A stretch of 39,643 bases of DNA. Origin: a phage. The position numbers and the translations under genes are program-made. The stretch lies in the sequence record PZ386960.1. One strand, given 5' to 3'. The notes below the pieces were generated by a model. The model was not told the DNA's origin. It was given only the letters and a program-made list of their open reading frames with translations, and did not search any database. Shown in pieces: positions 29,341 to 39,201 of the stretch (positions are counted from its first letter, which is position 1; every line of letters begins with the position of its first letter).

Positions 29341-29946
29341 ATGTGCTGGATGGCTGCAATCCCAATCGCCATGCAAGGTGCGTCTATGGTAATGGGCGGT
29401 ATGCAGGGTGAACAGGCAAAGGCCGCACAGATTGACCAAGGTCGTCGTCAAAGCTGGCAGATGATTAAGGAGATGAACTACAATGATGCTAACCTTAAGT
29501 TAGAATCTCGTGACCTCATCGACTCGACTGTCCAAGAGATGACCCAAGCGAATATGAACCGTGTGCGAAACATGGGGACTATCCGTGCGGCAATCGGTGA
29601 AGGGATGCTTGAAGGTAACTCAATGGAACGTGTAGCCCGCGTTACTGAGGGTGACTTCCTTCGAGAGTCTCAAGGTCTCACCGAGAACTACCAACGTGAC
29701 TACAGTGTCATCTTAGGTAAGCGTTTAGCTAACCGTGAGAATACAGTAAGTCAAATCAATGAAATCAACAAGTCTGAACCTCGTCTGAAAGGCAAGCTGG
29801 AACAAATCATTGACCCATTAGGCTTAGGCTTAACGAAGCTGGTCGATGTGGCAACTGCTGGTAGCCCTCTGACTAACAAGCTGGGTAAGAAGGCAGCTTC
29901 CAAGGTTAAGGCTTCGGATGCTAAGTCTACCGGACAAGGCAAGTAA
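29341..29946 (+). CDS. gp14: Internal virion protein B
   Basis: 201 aa; position and size match T7 gp14. Confidence 0.88.
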   Translation: MCWMAAIPIAMQGASMVMGGMQGEQAKAAQIDQGRRQSWQMIKEMNYNDANLKLESRDLIDSTVQEMTQANMNRVRNMGTIRAAIGEGMLEGNSMERVARVTEGDFLRESQGLTENYQRDYSVILGKRLANRENTVSQINEINKSEPRLKGKLEQIIDPLGLGLTKLVDVATAGSPLTNKLGKKAASKVKASDAKSTGQGK

Positions 29947-29963
29947 ACACAGGAGGTAACTGT

Positions 29964-32243
29964 ATGAGTAAGTTAGCACAAGCATTGGGTAACATGGGTG
30001 CTCCTGCTGCAAGCCGACTCCGTGGTACTGGTCGTATGGACGTTAAGGCTGCGACTGTCTATGAAGACCCTAGCTATGCCAATAAGTCCGCACTGATTGG
30101 TACTGTAGGTAAACTTGCTGAGATGGGTGCGGATGCCTATATGAAGTATGACCAGCACCAGAAGGACAAGGCAGACGAACGCTCTAACGAGATTATTCGT
30201 AAGCTGACTCCTGAGCAACGTCGAGAGGCCATTAAGAATGGAACCCTGTTATATCAGGATGACCCATATGCGATGGAAGCACTCAAGATTAAGACTGGTC
30301 GTAACGCTGCATATCTCGTAGATGACGAAGTGGCACAGAAGGTTAAGAATGGTGAGTTCCGTACTCGTCAAGAGTTGGAAGAGTTCCGTCACAGCCGACT
30401 ACAAGAAGCCGCTAAGAACTATGCGGAACAGTTCGGTATCGACGAGACTGATGAGCACTATCAGAAAGGTTTCAACTCCGACATCACTGAACGTAACATC
30501 GCCCTCTATGGTGCTCACGATAACTTCCTGAGTGACCAAGCTAAGAAGGGTGCTGTCATCAACAGTCGCGTAGAGTTGAACTCTGTACTCAACGACCCTG
30601 AGACCCTGCGTTCCCCATATGCTGGTGAGTTCTTTGAGAACTACTTCACGGCTGGCTTGACCACTGGAAGTATCCCTAGTGATGACCAAGCATTCACGAT
30701 GATTAGCCAAGGTCTATCTGACGTGGTTAACCGTGAAGGCGGTGGTCAGTTCCTACAACAGATTGAGAACCGTAAGGTGAAACTCCACGGAAAAGAGACT
30801 ACCTTCAAGGAACTGATGGGTGCCGAACAGTGGAACAATCTGATGGTTAAGGCTCAACATAATGAGTTCCAGTTGAATGCTAAGAAGACCGAGGCGTTCC
30901 AACTTAATGTGAACTCTGCGTTGAACCAAGAGAACGTGAACACTGGCTGGGAACAGTTGCAATCCATCAAGGCTGAACTAGACACACTGCAACCGGGCGA
31001 AGAGATGACACCTGAGCGTCAGGCGTTAATCAATGCACAGACGCAGATGCAGGACAGGATGAAGCGGGAGACCGCTGAGTTAGCCAAGCAGATGGACAAG
31101 CAACAGAAGTCGATGAACAAGATGAACGTCATTGACGCACAATTCCAGAAGCGACTCAATGGTCAGTATGTGTCTACTGCGTATGGCGATATGCCTACCA
31201 ACGAGAACACTGGTGAGTTCACCCATAGTGATATGGTCAACTATGCTAACAAGAAGCTGGCTGACATCGACGCTATGGGTATTCCTGATGCACAGAAGGA
31301 CCGAATGAAGCTGGACTACCTCAAGGCTGACTCCGAGAAGGGTGCTTTCCGTACTGCGGTTGGTGAACTTATTGGGGACGCTGAGAAGGAATGGACGTCC
31401 GCTGTGATTAACGGGAAGATGCCCGAAGATGGTGGAGTGGCACTTAATGCTCTTCGTCGTGTCCGTAATGCTGACCCTGAGTTATTCGCTGCACTCTATC
31501 CTGATAAAGCCGAGATGTTCCTCACGATGGACATGATGGACAACCAAGGGATTGACCCGCAGATTCTATTAGATGCGGATAAGGCCCGACAGTCTCTGAC
31601 CAAGGATATGCAGTACGAGGATGACAAGGCATGGGCTGCTCTCAAGAACAACTCACAGTCTCCTGAACTGTCCCGTATGCCAGCAACACTTGATGCGGGT
31701 GCCCGTAAGATTTACGACTCCGTTAAGTACCGCACAGGTAATGCTGATATGGCAATGCAACAGGTCGATAAGTATCTCAAAGAGAACACAACGACTCTCA
31801 CTGGTGATGATGTTGATGGTGATACCATTGGTGTCTTGACGAGAAACTCTCTGCGTGTGACCGATGACCCGGACTCTTGGAAGCAAGGTAAGGACATCAT
31901 CGACCAAGCTGCTAAGAAACTCGCTGAGACGAACCCTTGGGTGACTAATAAGCAACTCACTGTGTTCGAGCGTGGTGACTCTATCTACCTGATGGACACT
32001 ACCGGACAGGTTAACGTAAGGTATGACAAGCAGTTGCTCTCGAAGATGTATCAAGAGAATCAGGCCAAGTTGGATGCTGAAGCACGAGACAAGGCACTCA
32101 AAGATGCCAACAAGCGGACCCTGCATACACGAGCTATGAACCGTAAGCGTGAACGTGAAGCCAAGAAACCTAAGCGTTCTGGTAGCATGTACGATTCGGT
32201 GAGTGGTAAAGGTATTCTGGACACGCTGACTGGTAAAGACTAA
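29964..32243 (+). CDS. gp15: Internal virion (core) protein C
   Basis: 759 aa (T7 is 747); positional and colinear match. Confidence 0.93.
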   Translation: MSKLAQALGNMGAPAASRLRGTGRMDVKAATVYEDPSYANKSALIGTVGKLAEMGADAYMKYDQHQKDKADERSNEIIRKLTPEQRREAIKNGTLLYQDDPYAMEALKIKTGRNAAYLVDDEVAQKVKNGEFRTRQELEEFRHSRLQEAAKNYAEQFGIDETDEHYQKGFNSDITERNIALYGAHDNFLSDQAKKGAVINSRVELNSVLNDPETLRSPYAGEFFENYFTAGLTTGSIPSDDQAFTMISQGLSDVVNREGGGQFLQQIENRKVKLHGKETTFKELMGAEQWNNLMVKAQHNEFQLNAKKTEAFQLNVNSALNQENVNTGWEQLQSIKAELDTLQPGEEMTPERQALINAQTQMQDRMKRETAELAKQMDKQQKSMNKMNVIDAQFQKRLNGQYVSTAYGDMPTNENTGEFTHSDMVNYANKKLADIDAMGIPDAQKDRMKLDYLKADSEKGAFRTAVGELIGDAEKEWTSAVINGKMPEDGGVALNALRRVRNADPELFAALYPDKAEMFLTMDMMDNQGIDPQILLDADKARQSLTKDMQYEDDKAWAALKNNSQSPELSRMPATLDAGARKIYDSVKYRTGNADMAMQQVDKYLKENTTTLTGDDVDGDTIGVLTRNSLRVTDDPDSWKQGKDIIDQAAKKLAETNPWVTNKQLTVFERGDSIYLMDTTGQVNVRYDKQLLSKMYQENQAKLDAEARDKALKDANKRTLHTRAMNRKREREAKKPKRSGSMYDSVSGKGILDTLTGKD

Positions 32244-32266
32244 CAGACCACGATAGGAGGTTCCAA

Positions 32267-35200
32267 GTGGATAAGTATAACCCGAACGAACCGCATGAAT
32301 ATGATGCGTTATTTCAACAAGCTGCTGACACACATGGAGTCTCCTATGGCCTTCTTCGGAAGGTCGGTTGGGTAGAGTCCCGATTCAAACCCACGGCCCA
32401 ATCTCCAACAGGGCCACGAGGTGTCATGCAGTTCACTAAGGCAACCGGTCAGGCTTATGGCCTACAGTCTGATGAGGACTTCAACGACCCGGCTAAGTCT
32501 ATTGATGCTGGTGCTCGTTACCTTGCAGACCTCGTTAAGAAATACAATGGGGATGAACTCAAAGCTGCCCTAGCGTACAACCAAGGTGAGGGACGTAATG
32601 GTAAACCTCAATTGGAAGCATACGACTCCGGTAACTTTGCTGGCATCGGTGATGAGGGGCGCAACTATCTCCGCTCACTTCTGGATGTCGCTAAGTCTCC
32701 TAAGAGTGGTGACATTGAGGCATTCGGTGGTATCACCCCAAAGGGTAAAGGGATTCCGTTCGATACTGCTATGAGTGGCATCGGGAAGAAAGGAAAGGTA
32801 ACTACAGAACTCCCTGAGTCTCACTCAATGTCCTTTCAAGGTAAAGAACAGGCCGCTCCCAATCAGCCGTTCGGAAAAGACTATTGGGAAGCAAAAGGAA
32901 CTACACTTGACGAAGCCAATGAGCGTTCAACCTTCTTCGGATTCGGTAACGCTGCTGAAGCAGAACTCTCCAACTCAACCTTGGGTGTGGCCTTCCGTGC
33001 TGGTAAGCGTGATAATGGTTTCGATGTTGTTACTGATGTACTTCAACCGACACGGTTTAACAGCCACATTTGGTCGCCTGAAGAACTCGAAAGGATTCGC
33101 AACGAAGTGAAGAACCCTGCGTACATGAACGTAGTGCTTGGGGGTTCCTCTGAGAATCTGGATGAACTCATCAAGTTAGCCAATGAGAACTATGAGTTGG
33201 ACGCTAAGGCCGCTGATGCTGGACTTGGTGCGAAACTGTCTGCTGGGATTATTGGTGCTGGTGTTGACCCTCTGACCTACGTTCCAATCGCTGGGACTGC
33301 GGCTAAGGGATTCAAACTGGTGAACAAGGCGCTGATTGTGGGTGCACAGGCAGGTGCTCTTAACGTTGCCTCTGAAGGTCTGCGTACATCGGTGGCTGGT
33401 GGTGATGCCCACTATGCAGAAGCTGCCCTTGCTGGTATGCTGTTCGCTGGTGGACTGACCGCTATCGCTGACGGTGTTGCCGCAGGACTCCGTAAGTCTG
33501 GCGCTGAACAGATTGAGAACCCGTTTGCTGCTGCACAGATGCGCTTTGAGGCCCGTGAGACTGCCCGTAACACTGGTGGACATGACGCAAGTCGTATGCC
33601 TCCTAGTGAAGACCGAGTGTTCTCACAGCACAACGGCGTTGAGTATTCACCTCTTGAGACCGAACCGGGTGCCGTAGTGTTGCGTGATGGTTCCATTATC
33701 AGTGACACCAACTTAGCTAACCCTATGACAGCCAAAGAGTTCGCCGAGGTGGACCCTGAACGTGCTGCTTGGGGATTGCCTATGCGTGGACTGAGTGAAA
33801 TCGGCTTGAGGACTTTACGTTCTGAACATGCTGAAATCCGTGGTCTAGCTAAGGACTTGGTGCGTTCGCCTACAGGGATGGAGTCTGGCTCACATGGTAA
33901 GTTCGGTGCTACCGCATCTGACATCAAAGAGCGACTGCACAGTACCAACCAGCGAACCTACAATGACCTCTATGATGCAATGAAGGAAGCAATGGCTGAC
34001 CCTGAGTGGTCCGTGGGTATGTTCAAGCGTGGTGCTCAAGGTGCCCGTCAGGAAATCTATCGTCGTGCTGCTATCGCTATTGAGCGTCCAGAACTTCAAG
34101 CAAACTTAACGAAGGCTGAACGTAAGGTTATGGACATCATGAAGGAACACTTCGACCTCAAGCGTGAGATGATGGAGAACCCGGCTATGTTCGGTAACAA
34201 GGCAACTTCCATCTTCCCTAACAGTCGTCACAAAGGGACTTACGTTCCTCATGTGTACTCACGGGAAGCCAAGCAGTTGTACTCACAGGCTCTTGGTGGC
34301 TCTGATGGTTTACAGGAAGCTATCGCCGCAAGCTGGATGACATCTTACCGTTCACGTCCTGAAGTTAAGGCTCGTGTGGATGAGCATCTAGCGGAGACAC
34401 TAGGTATCGACCCGAAGGCTGTAACCGAAGAGATGGTGATGAAACATGCCAGCGACAAGGCTTATGGTATTGCGAAGACAGATGAGTTCAACTCTTCAAG
34501 TGTCATCGACGATAACATTGAGGGTCTCGTAGGGATTGAGAACAACTCGTTCCTTGAAGCCCGTAACCTGTTCGATTCTGACATGCCAGTCACTTTACCG
34601 AATGGACAACAGTTCTCCGTGAATGACCTCCGTGACTTCGATATGAAGCATGTAATGCCAGCCTACGACCGCCGTGTTGATGGTGACATTGCTATCATGG
34701 GTGGTACAGGAAAGACTACTGCTGAACTCAAGGATTCCATTCTGGCTCTCGATAAGAAGTCTGAAGGTAAAGGCACAATGAAAGGTGAAGTTGAAGCACT
34801 CAAGGATACCGTTAAGATTCTCACAGGTCGTGCTCGACGCAATCAGGATACTATGGGTGACACTATGGTTCGCGCTTTGTCCGATATGTCCTTCTTTACG
34901 AAGAACGCATACATGGGCTTGCAGAACCTAACTGAAATCTCTGGTCTCTTGGCGAAGGGTAACACTCGTGCGATGCTGCATGGTATCCCCGCTCTGCGTG
35001 ACTTAGCATTCCGTAACAAGCCAGTCTCCGGTAAGGAACTCAAGGAACTACACTCTATGGTGTTCGGTAAAGAGTTCGATGACTTAATCAGACCGACACG
35101 TCAGGACATCATTCAGCGACTCCGTGAATCTACGGACACACCTGATGTTGCCGCTAAGGTTGTTGGCACGGTTAAGCACACCACTCAAGAGTTGGCTGCT

Positions 35201-36214
35201 CGCTCTCCGTTCACTAAGTTCCTCAATGGTACTTCCAACTACATTCTGGACATGGCCCGTCAAGGTGTCATGGGAGATGTGGTAACTCATGCCATTACTG
35301 GTAAGGGTGCCAACAAGTGGATTAAAGGCGACATGCTGAAATCTGCGAGTATCTCTAAGGAACAGTGGGAAGGCATTCAGAACCTAATCCGTGAGAACGT
35401 CACTCAAGGTGCTGATGGCAAGTACACCTTCAAGGACAAGCGTAAGCTGGCTAATGACCAGCGAGCTATGGACCTGTGGCGACTGGCTGATAAGGTAGCT
35501 GATGAAACCATGCTGAGACCACACAAGGTGTCCTTACAGGATTCCCATGCGTTTGGTGCTGCTGCTAAGTTGGTCCTTCAGTTCAAGTCTTTCGTAATCA
35601 AGTCGATGAACTCTAAGTTTATCCGCTCCGGTAACGAAGCCTTTAAGAACCATAGGGCTATGGACATGGCGCTGACCTACGCAATCTCTGGAGGCATCGC
35701 TGGTTCCTACTACGTGGCACAGGCCCACTTGAAGGCCGCTGGTCTACCTAAAGAGCAACAGAAGGACTACTTGAAGAAAGCCCTTGACCCTAAGATGATT
35801 GCCTATGCTGCTGCGTCCCGAAGTTCACACATTGGGTCGCCTCTGAGTATCGCAAACTTCGCTATGGGTGCTGCTGGTTACGACCAAGGTCTCATGGTCC
35901 GCTCTACGATTCTCCCGAAGGGTGAGGACAAGCGGGAACGGAACAAGTCGGTAACTTCTCGTGACATGAGTGACTCCATTATGGGTGCATTAGGTGAGCA
36001 GATTCCTGCTCTTGGATTCGCCGGGGCAACCTTTGCCGCTGGTCGAAATGCTTATGGTGTCCTTACGGCTCCCAATAAAGTTACCGAGCGTGAGATGATG
36101 ACTGGCCTAATGAATGCTCATCGTGAGATGGTTCCGAATGACCCTATCACTCAACAGATGCTCATTAAATTCTATGAGGCTAATGGTGTTCACCTTAAGT
36201 CTGACAAGAAGTAA
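32267..36214 (+). CDS. gp16: Internal virion protein D with N-terminal lytic transglycosylase domain
   Basis: 1315 aa; GTG start after TAGGAGG; (M)DKYNP...GVSYGLLRKVGWVESRF...GVMQFTKATGQAYGL matches T7 gp16 (MDKYDKN...). Confidence 0.95.
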   Translation: MDKYNPNEPHEYDALFQQAADTHGVSYGLLRKVGWVESRFKPTAQSPTGPRGVMQFTKATGQAYGLQSDEDFNDPAKSIDAGARYLADLVKKYNGDELKAALAYNQGEGRNGKPQLEAYDSGNFAGIGDEGRNYLRSLLDVAKSPKSGDIEAFGGITPKGKGIPFDTAMSGIGKKGKVTTELPESHSMSFQGKEQAAPNQPFGKDYWEAKGTTLDEANERSTFFGFGNAAEAELSNSTLGVAFRAGKRDNGFDVVTDVLQPTRFNSHIWSPEELERIRNEVKNPAYMNVVLGGSSENLDELIKLANENYELDAKAADAGLGAKLSAGIIGAGVDPLTYVPIAGTAAKGFKLVNKALIVGAQAGALNVASEGLRTSVAGGDAHYAEAALAGMLFAGGLTAIADGVAAGLRKSGAEQIENPFAAAQMRFEARETARNTGGHDASRMPPSEDRVFSQHNGVEYSPLETEPGAVVLRDGSIISDTNLANPMTAKEFAEVDPERAAWGLPMRGLSEIGLRTLRSEHAEIRGLAKDLVRSPTGMESGSHGKFGATASDIKERLHSTNQRTYNDLYDAMKEAMADPEWSVGMFKRGAQGARQEIYRRAAIAIERPELQANLTKAERKVMDIMKEHFDLKREMMENPAMFGNKATSIFPNSRHKGTYVPHVYSREAKQLYSQALGGSDGLQEAIAASWMTSYRSRPEVKARVDEHLAETLGIDPKAVTEEMVMKHASDKAYGIAKTDEFNSSSVIDDNIEGLVGIENNSFLEARNLFDSDMPVTLPNGQQFSVNDLRDFDMKHVMPAYDRRVDGDIAIMGGTGKTTAELKDSILALDKKSEGKGTMKGEVEALKDTVKILTGRARRNQDTMGDTMVRALSDMSFFTKNAYMGLQNLTEISGLLAKGNTRAMLHGIPALRDLAFRNKPVSGKELKELHSMVFGKEFDDLIRPTRQDIIQRLRESTDTPDVAAKVVGTVKHTTQELAARSPFTKFLNGTSNYILDMARQGVMGDVVTHAITGKGANKWIKGDMLKSASISKEQWEGIQNLIRENVTQGADGKYTFKDKRKLANDQRAMDLWRLADKVADETMLRPHKVSLQDSHAFGAAAKLVLQFKSFVIKSMNSKFIRSGNEAFKNHRAMDMALTYAISGGIAGSYYVAQAHLKAAGLPKEQQKDYLKKALDPKMIAYAAASRSSHIGSPLSIANFAMGAAGYDQGLMVRSTILPKGEDKRERNKSVTSRDMSDSIMGALGEQIPALGFAGATFAAGRNAYGVLTAPNKVTEREMMTGLMNAHREMVPNDPITQQMLIKFYEANGVHLKSDKK

Positions 36215-36215
36215 T

Positions 36216-36238
36216 CAATACGACTCACTATTGGGAAG
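36216..36238 (+). promoter_or_regulatory. Phage RNAP promoter (phi17-like)
   Basis: CAATACGACTCACTATT-GGGAAGG followed by the hairpin GGGAAGGCTCACACAGCTTCCC. Confidence 0.85.
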
Positions 36239-36283
36239 GCTCACACAGCTTCCCTTTATTATACCCAACTAAGGAGGTACATT

Positions 36284-38056
36284 ATGGCTCTCAAGATTCG
36301 TACCGTAATGACTTATCCGCTAACAGGTGCTGTGGACTTTGCAATCACCTTTGAATACTTAGCGCGTAAGTTCGTGACGGTAACTCTAATTGGTAAAGAC
36401 CGTAAGGAACTTGTTCTCAATCAGGACTATCGGTTCACCACTAAGACACAAATAACTACAACCCGCACATGGACTGCTGCTGACGGATATGACTCTATTG
36501 AGATTCGTAGATACACCTCTGCGACTGACCGTCTGGTTGACTTTGCTGATGGCTCAATCCTTCGTGCGTATGACCTAAACATCGCACAGATTCAAACGCT
36601 TCACGTTGCCGAAGAAGCACGAGACCTCACTGCGGATACCATTGGTGTAAACAATGACGGGCACTTGGATGCTCGTGGTCGCCGTATTGTGAATGTTGCC
36701 AACCCTGTAGAAGACGGGGATGCTGTTAACTTAAGGTCACTCAAGGTGTGGAATGACTCTGCACTTAACTCTGCCAACCGAGCAAAAGAATCCGCAGAAG
36801 AAGCGAAGAGACAATCAGATTGGGCTGGGCGTATGCGAAATGAGGCAGAACAGTTCAAGAACGAGGCTAACACTCACCGAGGCGTTGCTGAGTCTGCTAA
36901 AGACCAAGCCATTGCTGCTCGTGATGTGGCTAACTCCGCTAAAGACCAAGCGTCCAATAGCCGTAGTGAGTCCTTGCGTTTCGCTGAGGAGTCCAACCAG
37001 TACATGGGGTGGGCGAAGAAGTGGGCTGTTAACCCGGTCGATGTAGTCATTCAGGATGGTGAGTTCTCTGCGAAGCACTGGCAGCACTACTCAAAGGTTG
37101 AAGCTGACCGCTCTAAGAATGAAGCTGACCGAGCAACTAACGAGGCCAACAAGTTAGGCAACATTAACGCTCTTGCTGCTGCAATCGAGAAGGTTGATGG
37201 AATACGTGTGTTCTGGAAAGGTGAGCAACATTGGGATGGACGATTGTATATGACCTCAAGTGGTTTTGACTGTGGACAGTATCAACAGTTCTTCGGTGGT
37301 GTACCTAACCGTTACTCTGTCATGGAATGGGGCGACAAGGATGGATGGCATTTGTATTCTGAGAGACAAACTGAAGGAGGTGCTCCAACACTAAGCCTGC
37401 GCGGCCACATGATTGCTGGGGGTGATATTAGATCTTCTGGAAATCAATATACCAACAACATGTTTGTACAAGACCGGGAACAATACTGGCCGGGACGAGG
37501 TGCATTCGCTAATCAGTTCAATGACAAGGATGCTCCATTTGCGAAGACTGGTCAGTTCCACGCCCCCAATGGTTACGGAGAGTACTACCCAATCGTAAAA
37601 GCATTCGTGTCAACTATTGGACACGGCTATGGCACAGTTGCTACGTTTGGTATGTTGACATCTGGCAGTGGTCGTTTTGCTAATGCGTGTATTCACGTAA
37701 TTGGAGACAACGGAACCAACGGTCTCTGGCAGTTTGACCCCAACACTGGAGAGTTCCTGTCACGCGGTGACGTTAAGGTAGGTGATGGCTGTACCATCTA
37801 CCAGAATGGGGATGTTTGGGGGACCGTTTGGGGGAGTCGACCACTCACACAGTGGTTAGGAGACCAGACTGTTAACCACATCGCTATGGGAGGTCGTAAT
37901 GATTCTCCTGTGTGGAATGCCTACGGTATTGGTGATGGAGATGGCAAGGTTATCACTGGTGTAGTTAATGGTAACGCTGATGGCGCCATTGACACAATTC
38001 AGTGGCGTGTTATGCAGTATGTTCGAAACAACGGACAGCGCTTTAATATCTACTAA
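36284..38056 (+). CDS. gp17: Tail fibre protein, mosaic: T7-like N-terminal and shaft region with a replaced distal tip
   Basis: 590 aa; residues 1 to about 350 match T7/T3 gp17 (FEYLARKF, ILRAYDLNIAQIQTLHVAEEARDL, GFDCGQYQQFFGGV.NRYSVMEWGD); the last ~230 aa are unrelated to the T7 tip as recalled. Confidence 0.92.
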   Translation: MALKIRTVMTYPLTGAVDFAITFEYLARKFVTVTLIGKDRKELVLNQDYRFTTKTQITTTRTWTAADGYDSIEIRRYTSATDRLVDFADGSILRAYDLNIAQIQTLHVAEEARDLTADTIGVNNDGHLDARGRRIVNVANPVEDGDAVNLRSLKVWNDSALNSANRAKESAEEAKRQSDWAGRMRNEAEQFKNEANTHRGVAESAKDQAIAARDVANSAKDQASNSRSESLRFAEESNQYMGWAKKWAVNPVDVVIQDGEFSAKHWQHYSKVEADRSKNEADRATNEANKLGNINALAAAIEKVDGIRVFWKGEQHWDGRLYMTSSGFDCGQYQQFFGGVPNRYSVMEWGDKDGWHLYSERQTEGGAPTLSLRGHMIAGGDIRSSGNQYTNNMFVQDREQYWPGRGAFANQFNDKDAPFAKTGQFHAPNGYGEYYPIVKAFVSTIGHGYGTVATFGMLTSGSGRFANACIHVIGDNGTNGLWQFDPNTGEFLSRGDVKVGDGCTIYQNGDVWGTVWGSRPLTQWLGDQTVNHIAMGGRNDSPVWNAYGIGDGDGKVITGVVNGNADGAIDTIQWRVMQYVRNNGQRFNIY

Positions 38057-38074
38057 TATAAAGGAGGAAACACT

Positions 38075-38599
38075 ATGAGGGCTTTACGTCACTATAAGAA
38101 CTTCGTAAAGTATACCCCTCGTAAAACCAAAGAGAATGCTGACCTGCTAGAGCATGGGGTTGGCTTCTCTATGGACGAGAACGGTAACGACTGGTACGAA
38201 CTTCGTGAGACCTTTGAGAAGGACACATGGAAGCTGGTGTACGCTAAGGATGGTACTGTCATTCAATGCGAGAAGGACGTACAGGAATTAGCTGTGCAAG
38301 GCTCTGCTGGTGTCATTGAATTGGAGAACATTCCGAAAGAGTACTCACGAGACAACATGGTACAGTGGTGGTGGGATGGAGAGAAGCTAGACTGGAACCC
38401 TCGTTACTTTGAGAACCAGAAGGCTCGCTTAATTGCACAGGCATCTACGAAGATTGACCAGTATGCTGACTTTATTGAGTTAGGCGAAGAGGGTCTTGAG
38501 GATATTCTCAAGGCATGGCGAAAATATCGACTGGCGGTGTTTAAAGTGGACTTAAGTGTTCTCCCTTTCTACGACTGGCCTGAGAAGCCGGAAGCGTAA
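38075..38599 (+). CDS. Tail fibre assembly chaperone (Tfa family)
   Basis: 174 aa; AAGGAGG SD; C-terminus LKAWRKYRLAVFKVDLSVLPFYDWPEKP parallels lambda Tfa [28 protein letters not shown]; no equivalent gene in T7. Confidence 0.8.
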   Translation: MRALRHYKNFVKYTPRKTKENADLLEHGVGFSMDENGNDWYELRETFEKDTWKLVYAKDGTVIQCEKDVQELAVQGSAGVIELENIPKEYSRDNMVQWWWDGEKLDWNPRYFENQKARLIAQASTKIDQYADFIELGEEGLEDILKAWRKYRLAVFKVDLSVLPFYDWPEKPEA

Positions 38600-38637
38600 A
38601 CTATTAGGCCACGGATGGCTGACACTAGGAGGACATA

Positions 38638-38847
38638 ATGTTGTCATTGGATTTTAACAACGAGGTAGTGAAGGCTGCTCCGATTGTAGGGACAGGGGTT
38701 GCCGATGGCGCTGCCAGACTGTTCTTCGGCCTGTCACTTAACGAATGGTTTTATGTAGCCGCAATTGCCTACACAGTGGCTCAAATTGGTGCCAAGGTAG
38801 TCGATGTGGTTATCAAATGGAAGAAGGAGGGTAGAGATGTCGGATAA
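38638..38847 (+). CDS. gp17.5: Holin (class II)
   Basis: 69 aa; MLSLDFNNE..KAAPIVGTGVAD..ARLFFGLSLNEWFYVAAIAYTV.QIGAKVVD is near-identical to T7 gp17.5. Confidence 0.93.
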   Translation: MLSLDFNNEVVKAAPIVGTGVADGAARLFFGLSLNEWFYVAAIAYTVAQIGAKVVDVVIKWKKEGRDVG

Positions 38848-39103
38848 ATCTTTGATTCAATTCCTTGAGATGTTGGATACTGAGATGGCTCAACGTATGC
38901 TGAAAGACCTTCAGGATGACGAGAAGCGTACGCCTCAACTATACAACGCAATCGGGAAACTGTTAGAACGCCACAAGTTCCAAGTCTCCAAGTTACAGCC
39001 AGACCGTAACATCCTTGGTGGACTTGCTGATGGACTTCAGGAGTATCAGAACCTCGTAGGTGACGATGGTCTCACTGAAGATGAGAAGTACACGCTGAAC
39101 TGA
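38837..39103 (+). CDS. gp18: Terminase small subunit (DNA maturase A)
   Basis: 88 aa from MSDKSLIQFLEMLDTEMAQRML; AAGGAGG SD; matches T7 gp18. Confidence 0.92.
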   Translation: MSDKSLIQFLEMLDTEMAQRMLKDLQDDEKRTPQLYNAIGKLLERHKFQVSKLQPDRNILGGLADGLQEYQNLVGDDGLTEDEKYTLN

Positions 39104-39201
39104 TGGAATAACTCAAGGCCACTACATCTAGTGGTCTTTATGATATTTCAACACAACTCACGGTAACGCTACGTGAAATCTGAGAAATGGGGAGGGTAGT
39201 T

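Noticed and set aside
31653-32333. 226-aa ORF on the minus strand
   Set aside because: Antisense within gene 15 and the gene 16 start; no expression signals; most likely a codon-bias artefact of a long + strand gene.
33412-33948. 178-aa ORF on the minus strand
   Set aside because: Antisense within gene 16; Ala/Ser/Pro-rich low-complexity translation typical of antisense frames in GC-moderate coding DNA.
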